NCBI RefSeq assembly: GCF_000143415.4 | Contig: NW_003314266.1 | Coordinates: 1,076,463 to 1,140,462 of the forward strand | Origin: Selaginella moellendorffii | Lineage: Eukaryota > Plantae > Lycopodiophyta | Direction of reading: 5' to 3' | DNA length: 64,000 bases | Part shown: positions 1 to 12,167 of the stretch, piece after piece | Numbering within the stretch: position 1 is the first letter of the stretch | Layout: every line of letters begins with the position of its first letter | Translations under genes and position numbers: made by a program | Notes under the pieces: generated by a model | The model's input: only the letters and a program-made list of their open reading frames with translations | Database searches by the model: none | What the model was told of the DNA's origin: nothing

Positions 1-5
1 AATAT

Positions 6-242
6 TTAGTTGCATCTCCCATAGCCGCGCTGGCAGCCCGCGCCACAGAAAGCAGATGTCGATCCGCAGTAGCCAAACTGGCTGCAGCACAGGCCCCGGT
101 TGCAGGAGGCTCTGCCACCCTGACGACCGCAACAGGGACGGGATCCACACGCTGCCTGAGCTTCCACCATATTCGCGTGCTCCACCATTGCAACAACGAA
201 CATGCACAGGAAGAAAGCAGCGAAAGCACGAAGGGACGCCAT
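6..242 (-). CDS. Secreted hevein-like (chitin-binding, CBM18) cysteine-rich peptide, copy 1 (78 aa)
   Basis: ATG at 242. Hydrophobic signal peptide ending VEA|Q, then [34 protein letters not shown], matching the hevein consensus CCSxxGxCG. TATA box ~70 bp upstream. Confidence 0.93.
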   Translation of the reverse strand: MASLRAFAAFFLCMFVVAMVEHANMVEAQAACGSRPCCGRQGGRASCNRGLCCSQFGYCGSTSAFCGAGCQRGYGRCN

Positions 243-310
243 TGCAAAGAGTAGCGCTTTAACTATGGATAGAGCTGAGCAGTGTTTGATTGAATGGAGA
301 GGCTGGGTAC

Positions 311-320
311 ATTTATATAG
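311..320 (-). promoter_or_regulatory. TATA box of hevein-like gene copy 1
   Basis: CTATATAAAT on the minus strand ~70 bp 5' of the ATG; conserved in copy 2. Confidence 0.7.
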
Positions 321-2047
321 TGGGGGGGTGGGCAAGCGAAGTCCTTGGGTTACATCACAACTTTTGAAAATCTAGAGCGCACGTTTGTTCGTTTTGCAAT
401 TAAGTATTTTCTATATGAGCACATTGAACGTGAAAAGACTTTAGCTCCATGATCTACCAGCCCTATTGCGAATATAGGGCGACAAATCCTATCGAATTTT
501 TCGCACCAAAAGACGAAACGCTGGAGGAAGGCGACACTGTGCGCTGTCAGGGCTCGATCTTGACACATTTGCATTTGAAGTGTGACACAAGACCTCATCT
601 GACCATTGAGCGAAGTTTCGTAAGAAGCATGCGGGTTGATTTCTGTGAAAGTAGGTTACGTTAACCAAATCAGTAAACTCAAGCTCAGATTGTTTTGGAA
701 AACTAACCGGTTTCAGTGGGGGGATTATTGCAGTCCTTCCGTATGTAGTTGGGAAGCTTATAACATAGCACAATGTTCAGCCAGCTATCTTCAAAAGACT
801 GCATGTAAATAAGCATCATTAGACAGAATGCGAGGCAGTCTTGGAAATGCAGCTCGCTTGTAAGTTTGTGGTTTGGTTTGCTGGTTTATACTACACATTG
901 TTCGAGCTTGGGGAGAAACCAAAATAGGTTGCTGCATTGAAATGCAGGTATGATTTCCTTCGCAACGCTCAAGCACGGTCTGCTGCGTGGAAGCAAAATC
1001 TCAGGCAGCAGTAACACCTACTCGGGCAGCTCAAGCAGCGCAAGCCCACACACCAGCCACGGAATCAGTTCACTCTGAGATCTAGACATTTGTCCTGTTT
1101 CCTCAAAGGAAAAGTTCCACCAAGCTTTGCCAATTGAATGTCCTTATTCCGATGAATTCTCGACTAGGCCTTACACAGCTTCTTTCTAAGCTCCTTCTTG
1201 AGCTGCATTGGACCAACAGTTAGTGAATGTTAACATAAAAATCAGGAAATTACCACTTTTACGGAAACCTGGGTTAATTTCTTCATAAGATCCAGACGAT
1301 GACTCTACCAGGTTCTGGAGATCTTCATTCCAAGTTAAGACATGATTGACATTTGTTGCATGAGTTCTCTGGGAAAGACGTTCCAAGTCGCTCACGCATG
1401 GCAGCAACTCACAAGGTATCTAGTTAATGCATATCTTACTACAAAATTCAAAACGTACCTTTGATATGAACTTGCTTCAGCTCGACCCCTCTTGACGAAA
1501 CCAAAAGCATCCAAGATCAAGTACTTGTATTAATATTCCGCCCAAACAAATGGATATATCCGGTCGAAAGGGTGTGAATCTTTGAGCCTTGCAAGCAACA
1601 GCCTTGCCGCTCATCATTTAGCCAGAAGTCTCCCATCATTAGAACGTATGTTAGAAAATCCTCTGGAACATGATAGGATTAGATAAGTTAGAGCAAACGG
1701 AAAGAAAAGCAAGAATTACCTAAGACTGGCTTCGGTTCTTAAGTATGAATAGGCTCCTCAACATCGATGCTCCTCCCCATCACATGTGGTGTCCATTTGA
1801 TCCGTCAACCTCTGGAGCGCGGCTCCACAGCGACCGACCTGTTCAACTGTGCTCTCTCATCGGTTCTCTTCCGCCTCAGCTTTCATCTTTCGACGCTCTT
1901 CATTTAGCCTCCCCAAAGCTTTGCGTCTGATACACGTCTAGATCAGCTCGAGCTTTTTAGCAATCTCAACTGAGCCTTGAAGGCTGGCGAGAAGATATTG
2001 TCGGTGATTTTCTTCACCAAAGCGTTCACTCCTGTGGGTTGCTGTTC

Positions 2048-2795
2048 TTCTTTGATCCAGCTTCTCGTTGAGAGTGTTGATACCACTCCATTGGCATCAC
2101 CACTGCGAGGAGAGGTGAAAAACCAAAATGGTAAGCTTTTGCAAAGTACCTGTAGATCCAGATTCGAAGTTTCTTTCTGGATCAAGGATTTGTAGAGTGG
2201 CAGCATGGACACAATTATCTCGGATGCCTGGTAATACTATGATGTCTTCGAGCAAACAAGATCAAAGCTAGTAATATAAGGATCATACTTGCATGAAAGT
2301 ATTGACTTGAGCTTCCACGAGATTGTTGAGTTTCCTGAATTTGCTAGATTCAAACTAGCTTGGATGCTTCGCTGATTGAGGTAACTTCTGTTTTATCAGC
2401 GCAAGGATTGTAAGCATTCACCAGAATATTTGTGTGTAGGGATTGAGACCGTAAATACAAACCACTTCGGTTTGTAAATGTTGTAGTAAGTCCACTTATC
2501 AAGCGGTTCATGATGGCCGAAGCTCCTTGGCAGTTTGGATTCGAGGACTGGGCACATGGTGGAAAAATCACAGTTTTGTAAGGGTGGTCTGGAATGAGAG
2601 AGTGACTGTGGTAAAATTCAACATTGCCTCGCATGGCATGAGCAAGTCAAGGCATTCCCAAGCTTACTCTTTTGTGTCATCCATTTCATAATATCTTATC
2701 TGGCATAAATCCCATCCTTGGGCTATATCAAGGTGAAATTAAAAGTAGAGGTGAAGCCAATAACATTAAGCCATCGCAGCAAGAAGTGACGTCAT
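2048..2795 (-). pseudogene. Serine carboxypeptidase-like (SCPL, clade II) remnant, copy 1
   Basis: Frameshifted pieces HFLLRWL, RGNVEFYHSHSLIPD, YNPCADKTEV, SMLPLYKSLIQK/KLRIWIY|SGDANGVVSTLSTRSWIKE with a GT-AG intron inside the Ser codon. The catalytic-region SGDxD reads SGDAN. Confidence 0.72.
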
Positions 2796-4349
2796 TCTTT
2801 GTATAGTGGACCTAAACATTTTTCCTCCACAATAGCTTTGCGCAAGTGTGAGGCAAACAATTCCACTGTGGGGGTTTGCACATTTCAAAGTAAGAATGCA
2901 TATCAATTCACTAGGTTGATTCAGCCATTTCTGAAAGACCTCAAAGATATTCTCCCACTGGTGAGAGTTTTTATTCATAGCAAACAGTGGAAAATAATTA
3001 TGTCATTATTTTACTTTTCTCATTTCATTTCCTCTAGACAGAGATCAGATTCTTACCATGGGCAATGCGGTCTAAGATTTTCATAGCCAGATATAGTGAC
3101 CTACTTATGGCTTGAATATTAAAGATCACAATGACTCGATAGCATAACTTACTAGAGTAGCTCTTTTCCAACAAGTGAAACTCATTCTTCAAGCACTCTG
3201 GAAGACTTCTTGTAAGGAAAAAAAATTGATTTTCACTTGAATGCTCTTATTAGTCATTTTAGATTGTATAATCAGAGGTGATGTTGGTGTAAGGGAAACT
3301 AGTGCCATAAGAAGACTTGATGAAACTTAAGGTGGCTGCTGCCTTCTTTTTCTCCAAAAACTCAATTAAGTGACAATGAAGCCCACCTTTGTTTCATGCA
3401 TGACAGCATTTCTCCACTTTCATATCTAACTTCCATATGTTTGAGGTTGGAAGAGCTATTGGATGGCTCTTCCAGCAACTTTGGGTTGAGTTGGGATGCC
3501 ATGGAGTTGGAAGGAGATTGCCAACAAGGAGGTGAGTGACATATTTGTTTTCATTGATTTACCTTTTGAAAGCCATAGAGCTAATGGTTGTGATGTTGAT
3601 TTTGGTGATTGGCCTTAAGAAATTAGTAAAAGTATGCTCTTTGCACTCCAGCAGCTTACTTCTGGCAAGGCACGAAACAGCAATCAATTATGAGAGATGG
3701 AGATGGACAATGTCAGCTAAGGATTTGCTACATATGACAACCATTTTGAATGGTGATCGGTTGACCAACTGATCATGGTTATTAATTGACCGTGAAAGTG
3801 CCAAGTGACTAACTGGTTCACAACATTTTTCAATAAAAAAATAAACAATATAGAAAATTAAGCAAGGCTTTTTCTACTTATACTTGTGTTATTGCCCCTA
3901 CTTGCAAAATATTTACAAACAAATAGAGACAAGAACATAAGAAAGAGAAGAAGAAAAAAAAGAATGAGAAGATAATAAAAGAGAATTTAGCTTTGAACTC
4001 TAAAGGTATGAGTAAGAATAAGCATATATCACTCTCTGAACTCTACTTTGTACAAATAGTTATAGGTGGGAGAAAAAATGATAAATTTAATCCAAATGCA
4101 TACAACAGTGAATGAGAGTTATTTTTTAGCATGTCTAAGTGTTATTTATATACTACATGATTTTATAACCATTCTTAATTGTTTCATGTTTGTTTATGAT
4201 GAGCGTTACCTAGGTTAGATTTTTTTTTTAGATGCTTAATCTTAAATGTAACTCTATTTTGCTTAAGCTTTCTTCTTTTACCCTACCTAAGATGATACAC
4301 AAGATACAACATTTACTTTTTTATCATTCCCCCACAACAAAGTTATTGC

Positions 4350-6450
4350 CTGTCTTTATGCAGTCAAATTCTCCAAATCTTGCTCTAGGTTGCTTAATTT
4401 GGTCTTCATAGTGACAAGCTCAACACTTCAATGTACATTGTTGAGTTCTTGATGCATGATTTAATTTTCTTGCAATGCATTGGTCTTGGCAATTGATGTG
4501 CTTTACATTGGTGGATGTGAAAGCCAAGATTGCACTCTTGAGTTTTTAGATTATGTGGCATTAATGATTTTGCTTGCCTATAATTCCATCCACTTTCTTG
4601 GTGATTGTTTTGAGGTAGCTCAAGAACTATGCACAATATTTTGTTGTTTCTTTGTCTTTTATTGGTTGCATTAGTTCGTCGACTAGTTGTTTGCTTCCCT
4701 TGATATGTTGAGTGAGCTCCTCTATAAAGCTTCAGACTACTGGCTCGCTTGGTTGATTCGTGGTCTTATGAGTGAAGGTGTAGTTAGCCTTGACTTTGTA
4801 GTGCAGCTGTGGCATCTATTGCTACTATGGCTGCTCATCTCTCTAGATTGATCGACCGAAGGTGTGTTGTTGTTAAATGCATAGATGGACTAGAGAAGAT
4901 TAAACCCGTACTCCTTCAGTTCACTTAAACCCTCTTTTGTAGCTTTATCCGCTTCATCCCATTAAGTTTCTTGGCCGTGATCTTCTTGGCCTAAACTCAC
5001 CTCATTGGCAATGTTTATATCCAATGGTTTTATGGCATCTATAGATGCATCGTGTGTTAGACTTTGTGGCCTAAGTTGTGAAATATCTTTCACAACTTTG
5101 GCATCTATCATTTGCCTAGTGTTGTTTGTTTATATATTCATCACTTCCCTGATGCTCAGAGAGATTTGCATTGGTATCAAGGTTATCTCTATAGATGTAG
5201 ATGAAGCATGACTTTGTTCCTGATCTAGGTGTGGCATTTTATCACCATACTTGCTATGTCTAACTTTTCCATGGCATACTTGGCCATTGAATTTTTGCGA
5301 AATGAACCCTGGAGGTCTTGCAGCTTAGATTTTTGGATTTAGGTGGAGTTTCTATTTTTAGGGGAGATTTTTCCTCACTTAAATCTGTATTATTGGAATT
5401 TTTCTCCATATCCACATCCTTCGCTATCTCAATCAGAGGAGATATTGGAGGTGGTGGCTTAATGGCAAGGTGAGGCATAAGATTCTCTTGAGTAATGTAA
5501 TGCTTATAGATGTGCCACAAAAAAATGAAGATTCCTATCTTCATTTGCCTTCCCTTACCTACATGTAAGGCAATATTTTTCATTTCGGCCACAAATCCAT
5601 TATAAGCGAAATGAGTTATGTTTATTTGCTGTCCAGTTTTAATAGCTTCCAATAGGTGAGCTATTTTAATGCTAACATTTTAAGCAACCGTACTCCCATC
5701 GATGATGGCACATATCATCTTAAGCTTAATATGATAATTGAATTTCAAGTAGGTGAAGTTACCTCCTCATCCAAATGTGTAGTTAAGGAAGATGTATTGA
5801 TCGAGCATGTGATCTTTTTTGCTCATTGTGATTATTTCACCTTCGTTGTCTAGGTGAAAAATCTTAGCAAATTGAATGAGTCTAAAGAGATGGACTCGTC
5901 TGTGGAAAATAAATGCATGCTCCATTGGGTACCATTTTTGCATGAGCTTGATCCCTTGTTTAATCGACATTTTTCCTTCAAATAACTTTGTATAAGTGAG
6001 TAACCAAAAAGCATTAAGACAAAATTTGTCATAAGGAGAAAGCACAAGCTCACTAGACAACTTTACTTTACCATAATCAAGCTCCTCGTCGCTAGACAAT
6101 ATTTCCTTCACATGCTCATCTTGCCTAGGCATTTTTGCCATTCATGGAAATTTGTAGCCAAAACACTTGGGAAACACGCATTGGGAAATGGAGTGCAGTG
6201 CCAATAGAAGTGCCCAAGTGAGATCTTGCATTGACAGTGTTTTGAGAGTGGAGTCGATGGCTTGTGGTGGTGGCATGAGGACAAGATCACTCTGCCCAAT
6301 CGAGAGTGCGCTCAATTCAGTAGGCAACAACAATGGTGTTTATTCTTGTGTTGCCCTAGGTGGCATTCGCTCTTTTGTCAAGGCAAATCCTTCAAAAAGC
6401 CTTTATATTGTTGAAGATGGACTCATTCACACCTTGCTGAAATTGAAATA
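4350..6450 (-). pseudogene. Frameshifted retrotransposon accessory (ORF2/env-like) coding remnant
   Basis: Overlapping minus-strand ORF pieces (5260-5652, 5767-6141, 6142-6333) lying just upstream of the PPT-like tract at ~4330. Confidence 0.4.
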
Positions 6451-7379
6451 AATCTTGGACAAACTAGGAACCCCCTAAGAGAATGTGCTCTTGAACATCT
6501 AGAGGAGAGTGTCAAAGTTCTACTTCTCCTTGGCCTCTAATGCAAGTACCCATTGCCATGCACATCTAGGGAATCTCACTCAATTCTAAGCCATCTCCTA
6601 ACACCTTTAAGGGTTGGGAAATTGGCTTAAGGTTTACTCTTTATTTGTTTCATTGGTATTGGAGCAATATGTTCTTTTAGGGATGGCAGAAGAGATATAG
6701 ATCTTGATGGGGAATATGGCATAAATAATAATGGCCATAACGAGAAGGAAGAAACTCTTAATGATGTTATCATGATATAAGGATGCCAAATTACTAAGGT
6801 TTAGAGAGACATAAAAGAGATGAAAGGTTCTGTTAATCTTATTAAAATTTTCTTGCTTCACATGGGCCCTCAAGGGTTAAATCAATCTCATATCTATGAT
6901 TATAATTAGTGCATTAAACATGCCAAGGATTATGGTATTATGGAATGGAAGTTGTCAGTAAATGTTTGTGATTGCTAGTTGGAGTCAATTGATTTCACAA
7001 CCCTTGAATTTTTTATTTTTGACAAAGCTTATGGGTCATACTTTTTCATGGTGGAAAAACTATATCAAAGTTAATCCAAATTTAACTTCTTGGAGTGATT
7101 TGATTAAAGTTTTCCATGCTTTGTTTGTCAAGAAGTTAGAAGATGTTGATCTTATAAATTAATTACTAGAGATTAGGCAGGTGACTAAGACTTCTCCTTT
7201 TATCTTGGCAAACCATTACAAGAGGGCATTAAGAAGAATGCTGGCAATTCTAGATTTATTTGTGAAGTGCAATAATAGTAATTCATTAATCCAACATAGC
7301 TATTGTTTCCTTAGTTGTTGTTCTAGCAAGAATTGAATGTTGTGGTGGTCTGTCTACATTCAAAAGTTTTAATGAGTCA

Positions 7380-7800
7380 AATAGTGTCTCCATTTATGGA
7401 TGGAATGCAACACACTAATCATCTCTTATTTATAGACTAGCATTCATAATTTGGCCATTGTGAAGCATCAACTCTCAAACACTACAATGTCTATAGAAGC
7501 ACTTCTCCAACCCCAACTTCTGGAGCATTAGTCTCCACTACAAACTTCTGGTTGAGGTATGGGAACATGTTGAATATGCTTTGAGAATGAGATAGTTAAA
7601 ATTATTAAAGAATATTCTTTAAATATTCTTGAATGTGCTAGGCTTAAATACCCTTAAGAAACACACAATCATTATAGAGTATACATCTTTTATTTTAACT
7701 ATGTTAGTATTATGAACCCAACGAATTTAGCACTTTTTTGTCATTATGAAATATTCACTTCATCTTTTTTGGAACTACTATCACTTGACTTGTATTCAAG
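7380..7800 (-). pseudogene. Gypsy reverse transcriptase/RNase H fragment
   Basis: FVVETNAPEVGVGEVLL resembles FVVETDASxxGVGAVLLQ; KK.*IRWVHN...IKDVYSI resembles the start of the RT domain. Confidence 0.65.
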
Positions 7801-8069
7801 CTTTACATGGACCATTGACCTGTGAGATACAAATCCCTAATCCCCAAAGTGGAGTAGAAAGGGTGTACATGGTAGTGGTTGAAATGGAAGTTCAATAAGC
7901 ATAACATGTTTAGACTAAAAGCTCCGACTTGGAAAGTCAAAAATGGGAGTGGAACTTTGAATGAAGTGCTCGAGGGATGAGCACGAAGAAATTGGTCAAT
8001 AAATCTATAAAAAGGGACACAAAAAGAACTGACACATGGCAAGTGTCATAACACATAGAAGTGTTAGGA

Positions 8070-8442
8070 ACAAGTCTGAAAAAGAGTCTAAACAGGAGTC
8101 TGAGATGGAATTCAATATGGACCCAAGATGGAGTCCAAAATGGAGTTCGATATGGACCTGAGATGGACTTGATATGGACTTAAGATGGAGTTCGAGATGG
8201 AGCCAAGATGGAGTCTAAGATGGACCTAAAATGGAGTCCGAGATGGACTCGAGATGAAGACTGAAGTAGTTCGAGATAGATATGAGATGGAGTCCGAGGT
8301 CAAGGCTAAGAAAGAGACTAAGGCTAAGACTGAGACCAAAAGTGAGTCTGAGATCGAGACCAAAATAGAGTCCAAGACCAAGACCGAGACCAAATCCGAG
8401 ACCAAGTCCGAGTCCAAGTCCGAGTCCGAGTCCGAGTCCAAG
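8070..8442 (+). repeat. Degenerate 6/12-bp tandem repeat (GAGTCC/AAGACC/GAGATG)
   Basis: Visible periodicity; produces ESKS/ETKS and GLGL low-complexity ORFs. Confidence 0.85.
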
Positions 8443-9588
8443 GGTAAAGCCCAAAGCGATCATCTCCTAGACCTTGAGGGGTTTAATGAGCTCCAAAAGT
8501 ATAGTAAGGAGAAGACTTTAGTGGAGCCAGTTTGGCTAGGAAAGGCTAATGTGACCAAGGAAAGTTATACTCACGTGATAGGTGATGCTATAACCACTAA
8601 AGAGTCCAAGGCTAAAGTAAACATAAATGCTTAAGTGGGGTAACTTGGTGAAGTGTTTAAGAACTGACTCTAGCTCCCTTAAGAGATTAAATAGTCGATG
8701 CTCCCAATCCAAGTGTGGGTGGCACTATATACTTGGATATCTAGCATGGCTTATCAGAACCTCACTCTAGCCACAAGGCTAAGGCACCCAAAAGCAGAAG
8801 GTGGGAAGAGTATCTATAAGGCTCGCATAGGGCTATAATATTTCAAAATGTTGTCCTAAAGTCCCAAACTATGGAAAAAAAGAGGAGCAATCCTTTTGTG
8901 TAGTGACTAAGGATATAATCATGTGGCAAGGAAATCCCAAAATTCAATAGGACATAATGGTTGGGCCTTCAGGCCCTTACCTAATAGCAATGTTGGCAAA
9001 CACAACTAGGGACAAAATGGGACTTGGTGAGGACCGAAAAAGGGATGTTGGGGAAAGTTATTTCCCATATCTCCTGGCATTTTAAGGATATCAGATAGTG
9101 GTTCTAGGATGACCACTTATGGATGAATGGCCTAGTCTTTGAGAGTTGGGACTATGGCATAGGTGGTCTAGGACTACTAATAAAACAAAGGTAAATGGAC
9201 ATAGCCTTAGTGTAACAACTTAATATGTCGGTAGTACTTTTGGGGTGTCGATTATGGGATAGAATATAGGGAGCACTTAAACCAAGTGCAAAGGTTGAAT
9301 GGCATAAATGCCATTCACGGGGCTAACAAGTCTCCAAACCCGAAATAGGACTTATGAAGGTTGTGAGTGAGATTCTTCCAAGTGGTTAAAAGTGTAGTTA
9401 AATGACTAAAGTAAAACAAAAAATTTAGTCACTTACATAACCCTTCAATGAAATCTCAAAAGTGTGACAAAAGAAAAAATAACACACTCTCCACAAGGAT
9501 AGTTTAGAAATGTCTTTATTATCCCCACAATTTAGAAAGGGTAAAAGAGCTCTAAATCAAACATACCATTTGTAAACTTGGGGTGTTC

Positions 9589-9645
9589 TGTGTATGTGTG
9601 AGAGAAAGAGAGAGAGAGAGAGTGAGTGAGTGAGTGAGTGTGTGT
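9589..9645 (+). repeat. Compound microsatellite (TG)n(AG)n(GAGT)n
   Basis: Read directly from the sequence. Confidence 0.9.
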
Positions 9646-9805
9646 TGCTATTTGGGTAGATGCTACTACTTGCCACCCAACATCTTCAAAAGATGACAAA
9701 TAAGTGCCACAAGCAAATCAATCTTAACCTCACTTTGGTCTGGAAACACTATTAAAAAGTTTTTTCAAGACTAAATCCTTAGCCTCATTACTCTTTATTA
9801 TACTT

Positions 9806-9960
9806 TTGGAACCTCATTTGGACTTGGTCTCAAACTCAATCTCAAACTTGATTTTGGACTCAATCTCGGATCTATTTTTGGACTCGATTTCAGTCTTTGA
9901 CTCAATCTTGAACTTAGTCTTGGACTCGGTCTCAAACTTAACCTCAAACTCAGTCTCATC
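9806..9960 (-). repeat. Second array of the same hexamer repeat family in inverted orientation
   Basis: GGACTC/GGTCTC/AAACTC units are the reverse complement of the 8070-8442 units. Confidence 0.7.
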
Positions 9961-11859
9961 TGACAAATTCTTTATCGTTCTGATCGTGATTTCGATAGAT
10001 CCTTTATTCTATGAGTTGTTTCTTTACAATTATCTTCCCCCAAGTCAAAAGCCATTTTGTTTTGGTGTGAAAAATGTTGGATAGTGGGGAGAGGAAATGT
10101 TAAAAAGAGAATTAGGCTACTTCTACCATAAAGATAACAAGAAAAAAGGGAGGCAAAAATCCAAAGACACTAAATGTAATAGTTTATTCAAGAGGTTGTG
10201 AAGTAAATGATGTTCTAAAATAGAGCAAAATTGTTGCTAAGATGATGTCAAGGGGATAGAATATACCTACAACTAACACAAAGTCAAGATCATGGGTTTT
10301 CTTTTGTTTTAGACTAAATGTGATTAATTATTAGGGGATTAATAACAATTGTAAACCCTTTAAGCAGTTTTCCATTGTGATGGATGGAGACTATAGTGCC
10401 AATTGTGGGAAATTAAATACAAGAGAATGCTTTGATAAGAAACAAAAAATAAATGGGTGGTGTGATGGAAAGCAACATTGGCACTACTAACAAAACTGTG
10501 TTAAAAAGGCAAACCTCTGGATGGTAGTGACAATTAAGACCAAAGCATAAAAAACCTCCAAGTCTCTAAAAAGCAATAGTTTCTCTATGCTCACTTGTTT
10601 TAGAGTTCATGGAGTTTCCCTCCAAGTCTGGACATAAAGCTATGTCCTTCATGAATCATATACCTAGCAAATACGTAATTGTGATAGTAGAGAGACAAAA
10701 TTGCAGTCAAAGTTTTAAGAAGGTTGGATGTGTAATTTTTCAACAGCTATCCATTGCAACTTTTATTTCTCTCTCACTCTTCAAGTTTGCAATGTTTTTG
10801 CTCTCTCTTCTTCTGCCTTCTTGCTTGCTTACAATGGTGGAGCATGCCATGGTGGCTCAGGATCATGTGCCACTTGGAGTTGTTAATTTTTTTGTGCTCT
10901 CCCTTCCATTCTCAAAAGCAAGTTATAAGAATCACAAAAGAATGTTTGTCTTGTGATCATGGCTTCAATGCTGCTTAGATTCTTGAGTTTTGATTCACCT
11001 TTCTATTGCACGATTTTGCCAGTGTAAGACTTCTATAAGAAGCTTTCTTTCCAGTAAATCCACTCCTACCCACTCTATATCTGGCAATTTGAATCAGCCC
11101 CACCCAATCTCTTGGTATATGTTATAGGAATATCAACAAATAAAAGATATTGAAATTGAAAGGATTCCAACTACAATCCTACCACTCTAGATATAGAGCT
11201 CAGACAGCTGTGCATCACAAGTGATAGAGCCAACCTTGCTTGGTAAAACCAAAATGCTTATTATGTGAATCACAGCCCAGTCCTTCAGGTTGGACTCAAC
11301 TTGGAATTGCCATCGCATTAGCTCATCTCTTAGCTGCGTAGCTATAAGATGAGTTAGTGAGATAGTAATGCTCATATGTGCTAAAAAATGCTGATGTTCC
11401 TGCAAAGTGCCACATAACACGTTATGACCATGAACACTATAAATTCTTACAGTCTGCCTTAAAAAACAGCCGATGCAAAAGAGAGGATGTCTCTCTACAT
11501 GTGTGCTACTGCTCTAGCACTCAACAGATCACTACAGTTTCTACATTGAAGCCCCAAATAAAAAGTCAATCAGAGGTCTTACACCATTGTAAGGAAGGCC
11601 GCTCTTGTATTTGAATGGGAAGCCAAGGGAAATAGTGTGACTTCTAAAAAAGCTATTCCATGCAGTAAAAGGAATCCACCATACTAACCTGCAGTGTATT
11701 GGGCATCATGATGAAGGAGATTGCATTGGATGAGATTCTTAATGCGTTCAGCTTGGTAACTTAGCAAACATAACAAAAGACAATAGAGGACACCAGTGCT
11801 TATTTAGATATTATTCGCAACTTTCATGTTGCAGGTGTCTAGCACATTAGATGGAATAT

Positions 11860-12096
11860 TTAGTTGCATCTCCCATAGCCGCGCTGGCAGCCCGCGCCAC
11901 AGAAAGCAGATGTCGATCCGCAGTAGCCAAACTGGCTGCAGCACAGGCCCCGGTTGCAGGAGGCTCTGCCACCCTGACGACCGCAACAGGGACGGGATCC
12001 ACACGCTGCCTGAGCTTCCACCACATTCGCGTGCTCCACCATTGCAACAACGAACATGCACAGGAAGAAAGCAGCGAAAGCACGAAGGGACGCCAT
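11860..12096 (-). CDS. Secreted hevein-like cysteine-rich peptide, copy 2 (78 aa)
   Basis: Identical to copy 1 except M25V in the signal peptide; TATA box at 12158-12167. Confidence 0.93.
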   Translation of the reverse strand: MASLRAFAAFFLCMFVVAMVEHANVVEAQAACGSRPCCGRQGGRASCNRGLCCSQFGYCGSTSAFCGAGCQRGYGRCN

Positions 12097-12157
12097 TGCA
12101 AAGAGTAGCGCTTTAACTGAGCTGAGCAGTGTTTGATTGAATGGAGAGGCTGGGTAC

Positions 12158-12167
12158 ATTTATATAG
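12158..12167 (-). promoter_or_regulatory. TATA box of hevein-like gene copy 2
   Basis: CTATATAAAT on the minus strand. Confidence 0.7.

Larger units (their letters stand above)
1..3643 (+). repeat. Segmental duplication copy A (pairs with 11855-15422; may extend left of the window)
   Basis: Near-identical to sequence starting at 11855; the same ORFs recur in the ORF track; differences are substitutions and indels. Confidence 0.95.
3800..11190. mobile_element. Nested, highly degenerate LTR-retrotransposon remnants (mostly Ty3/gypsy-like)
   Basis: AT-rich and stop-riddled. Gag-like FSWWKNY..WSDLIKVFHALF (+, ~7030-7170). RT and RNaseH pieces IRWVHN..VKIKDVYSI and FVVETNAPEVGVGEVLL (-, ~7490-7740). 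PPT-like purine tracts followed by TG at ~4326-4337 (-) and ~10085-10100 (+). Boundaries are approximate. Confidence 0.75.

Noticed and set aside
791-2040. Exon-like minus-strand fragments upstream of the hevein gene
   Set aside because: Splice-like signals are present but I could not recognise a family, so no product is called
8215-8634. GLGLGL and ESKSES ORFs
   Set aside because: Translations of a hexamer tandem repeat inside retroelement debris
10100-11760. Possible copia gag zinc knuckle and other gene fragments
   Set aside because: Too degenerate to assign separately; partly included in the general retroelement block
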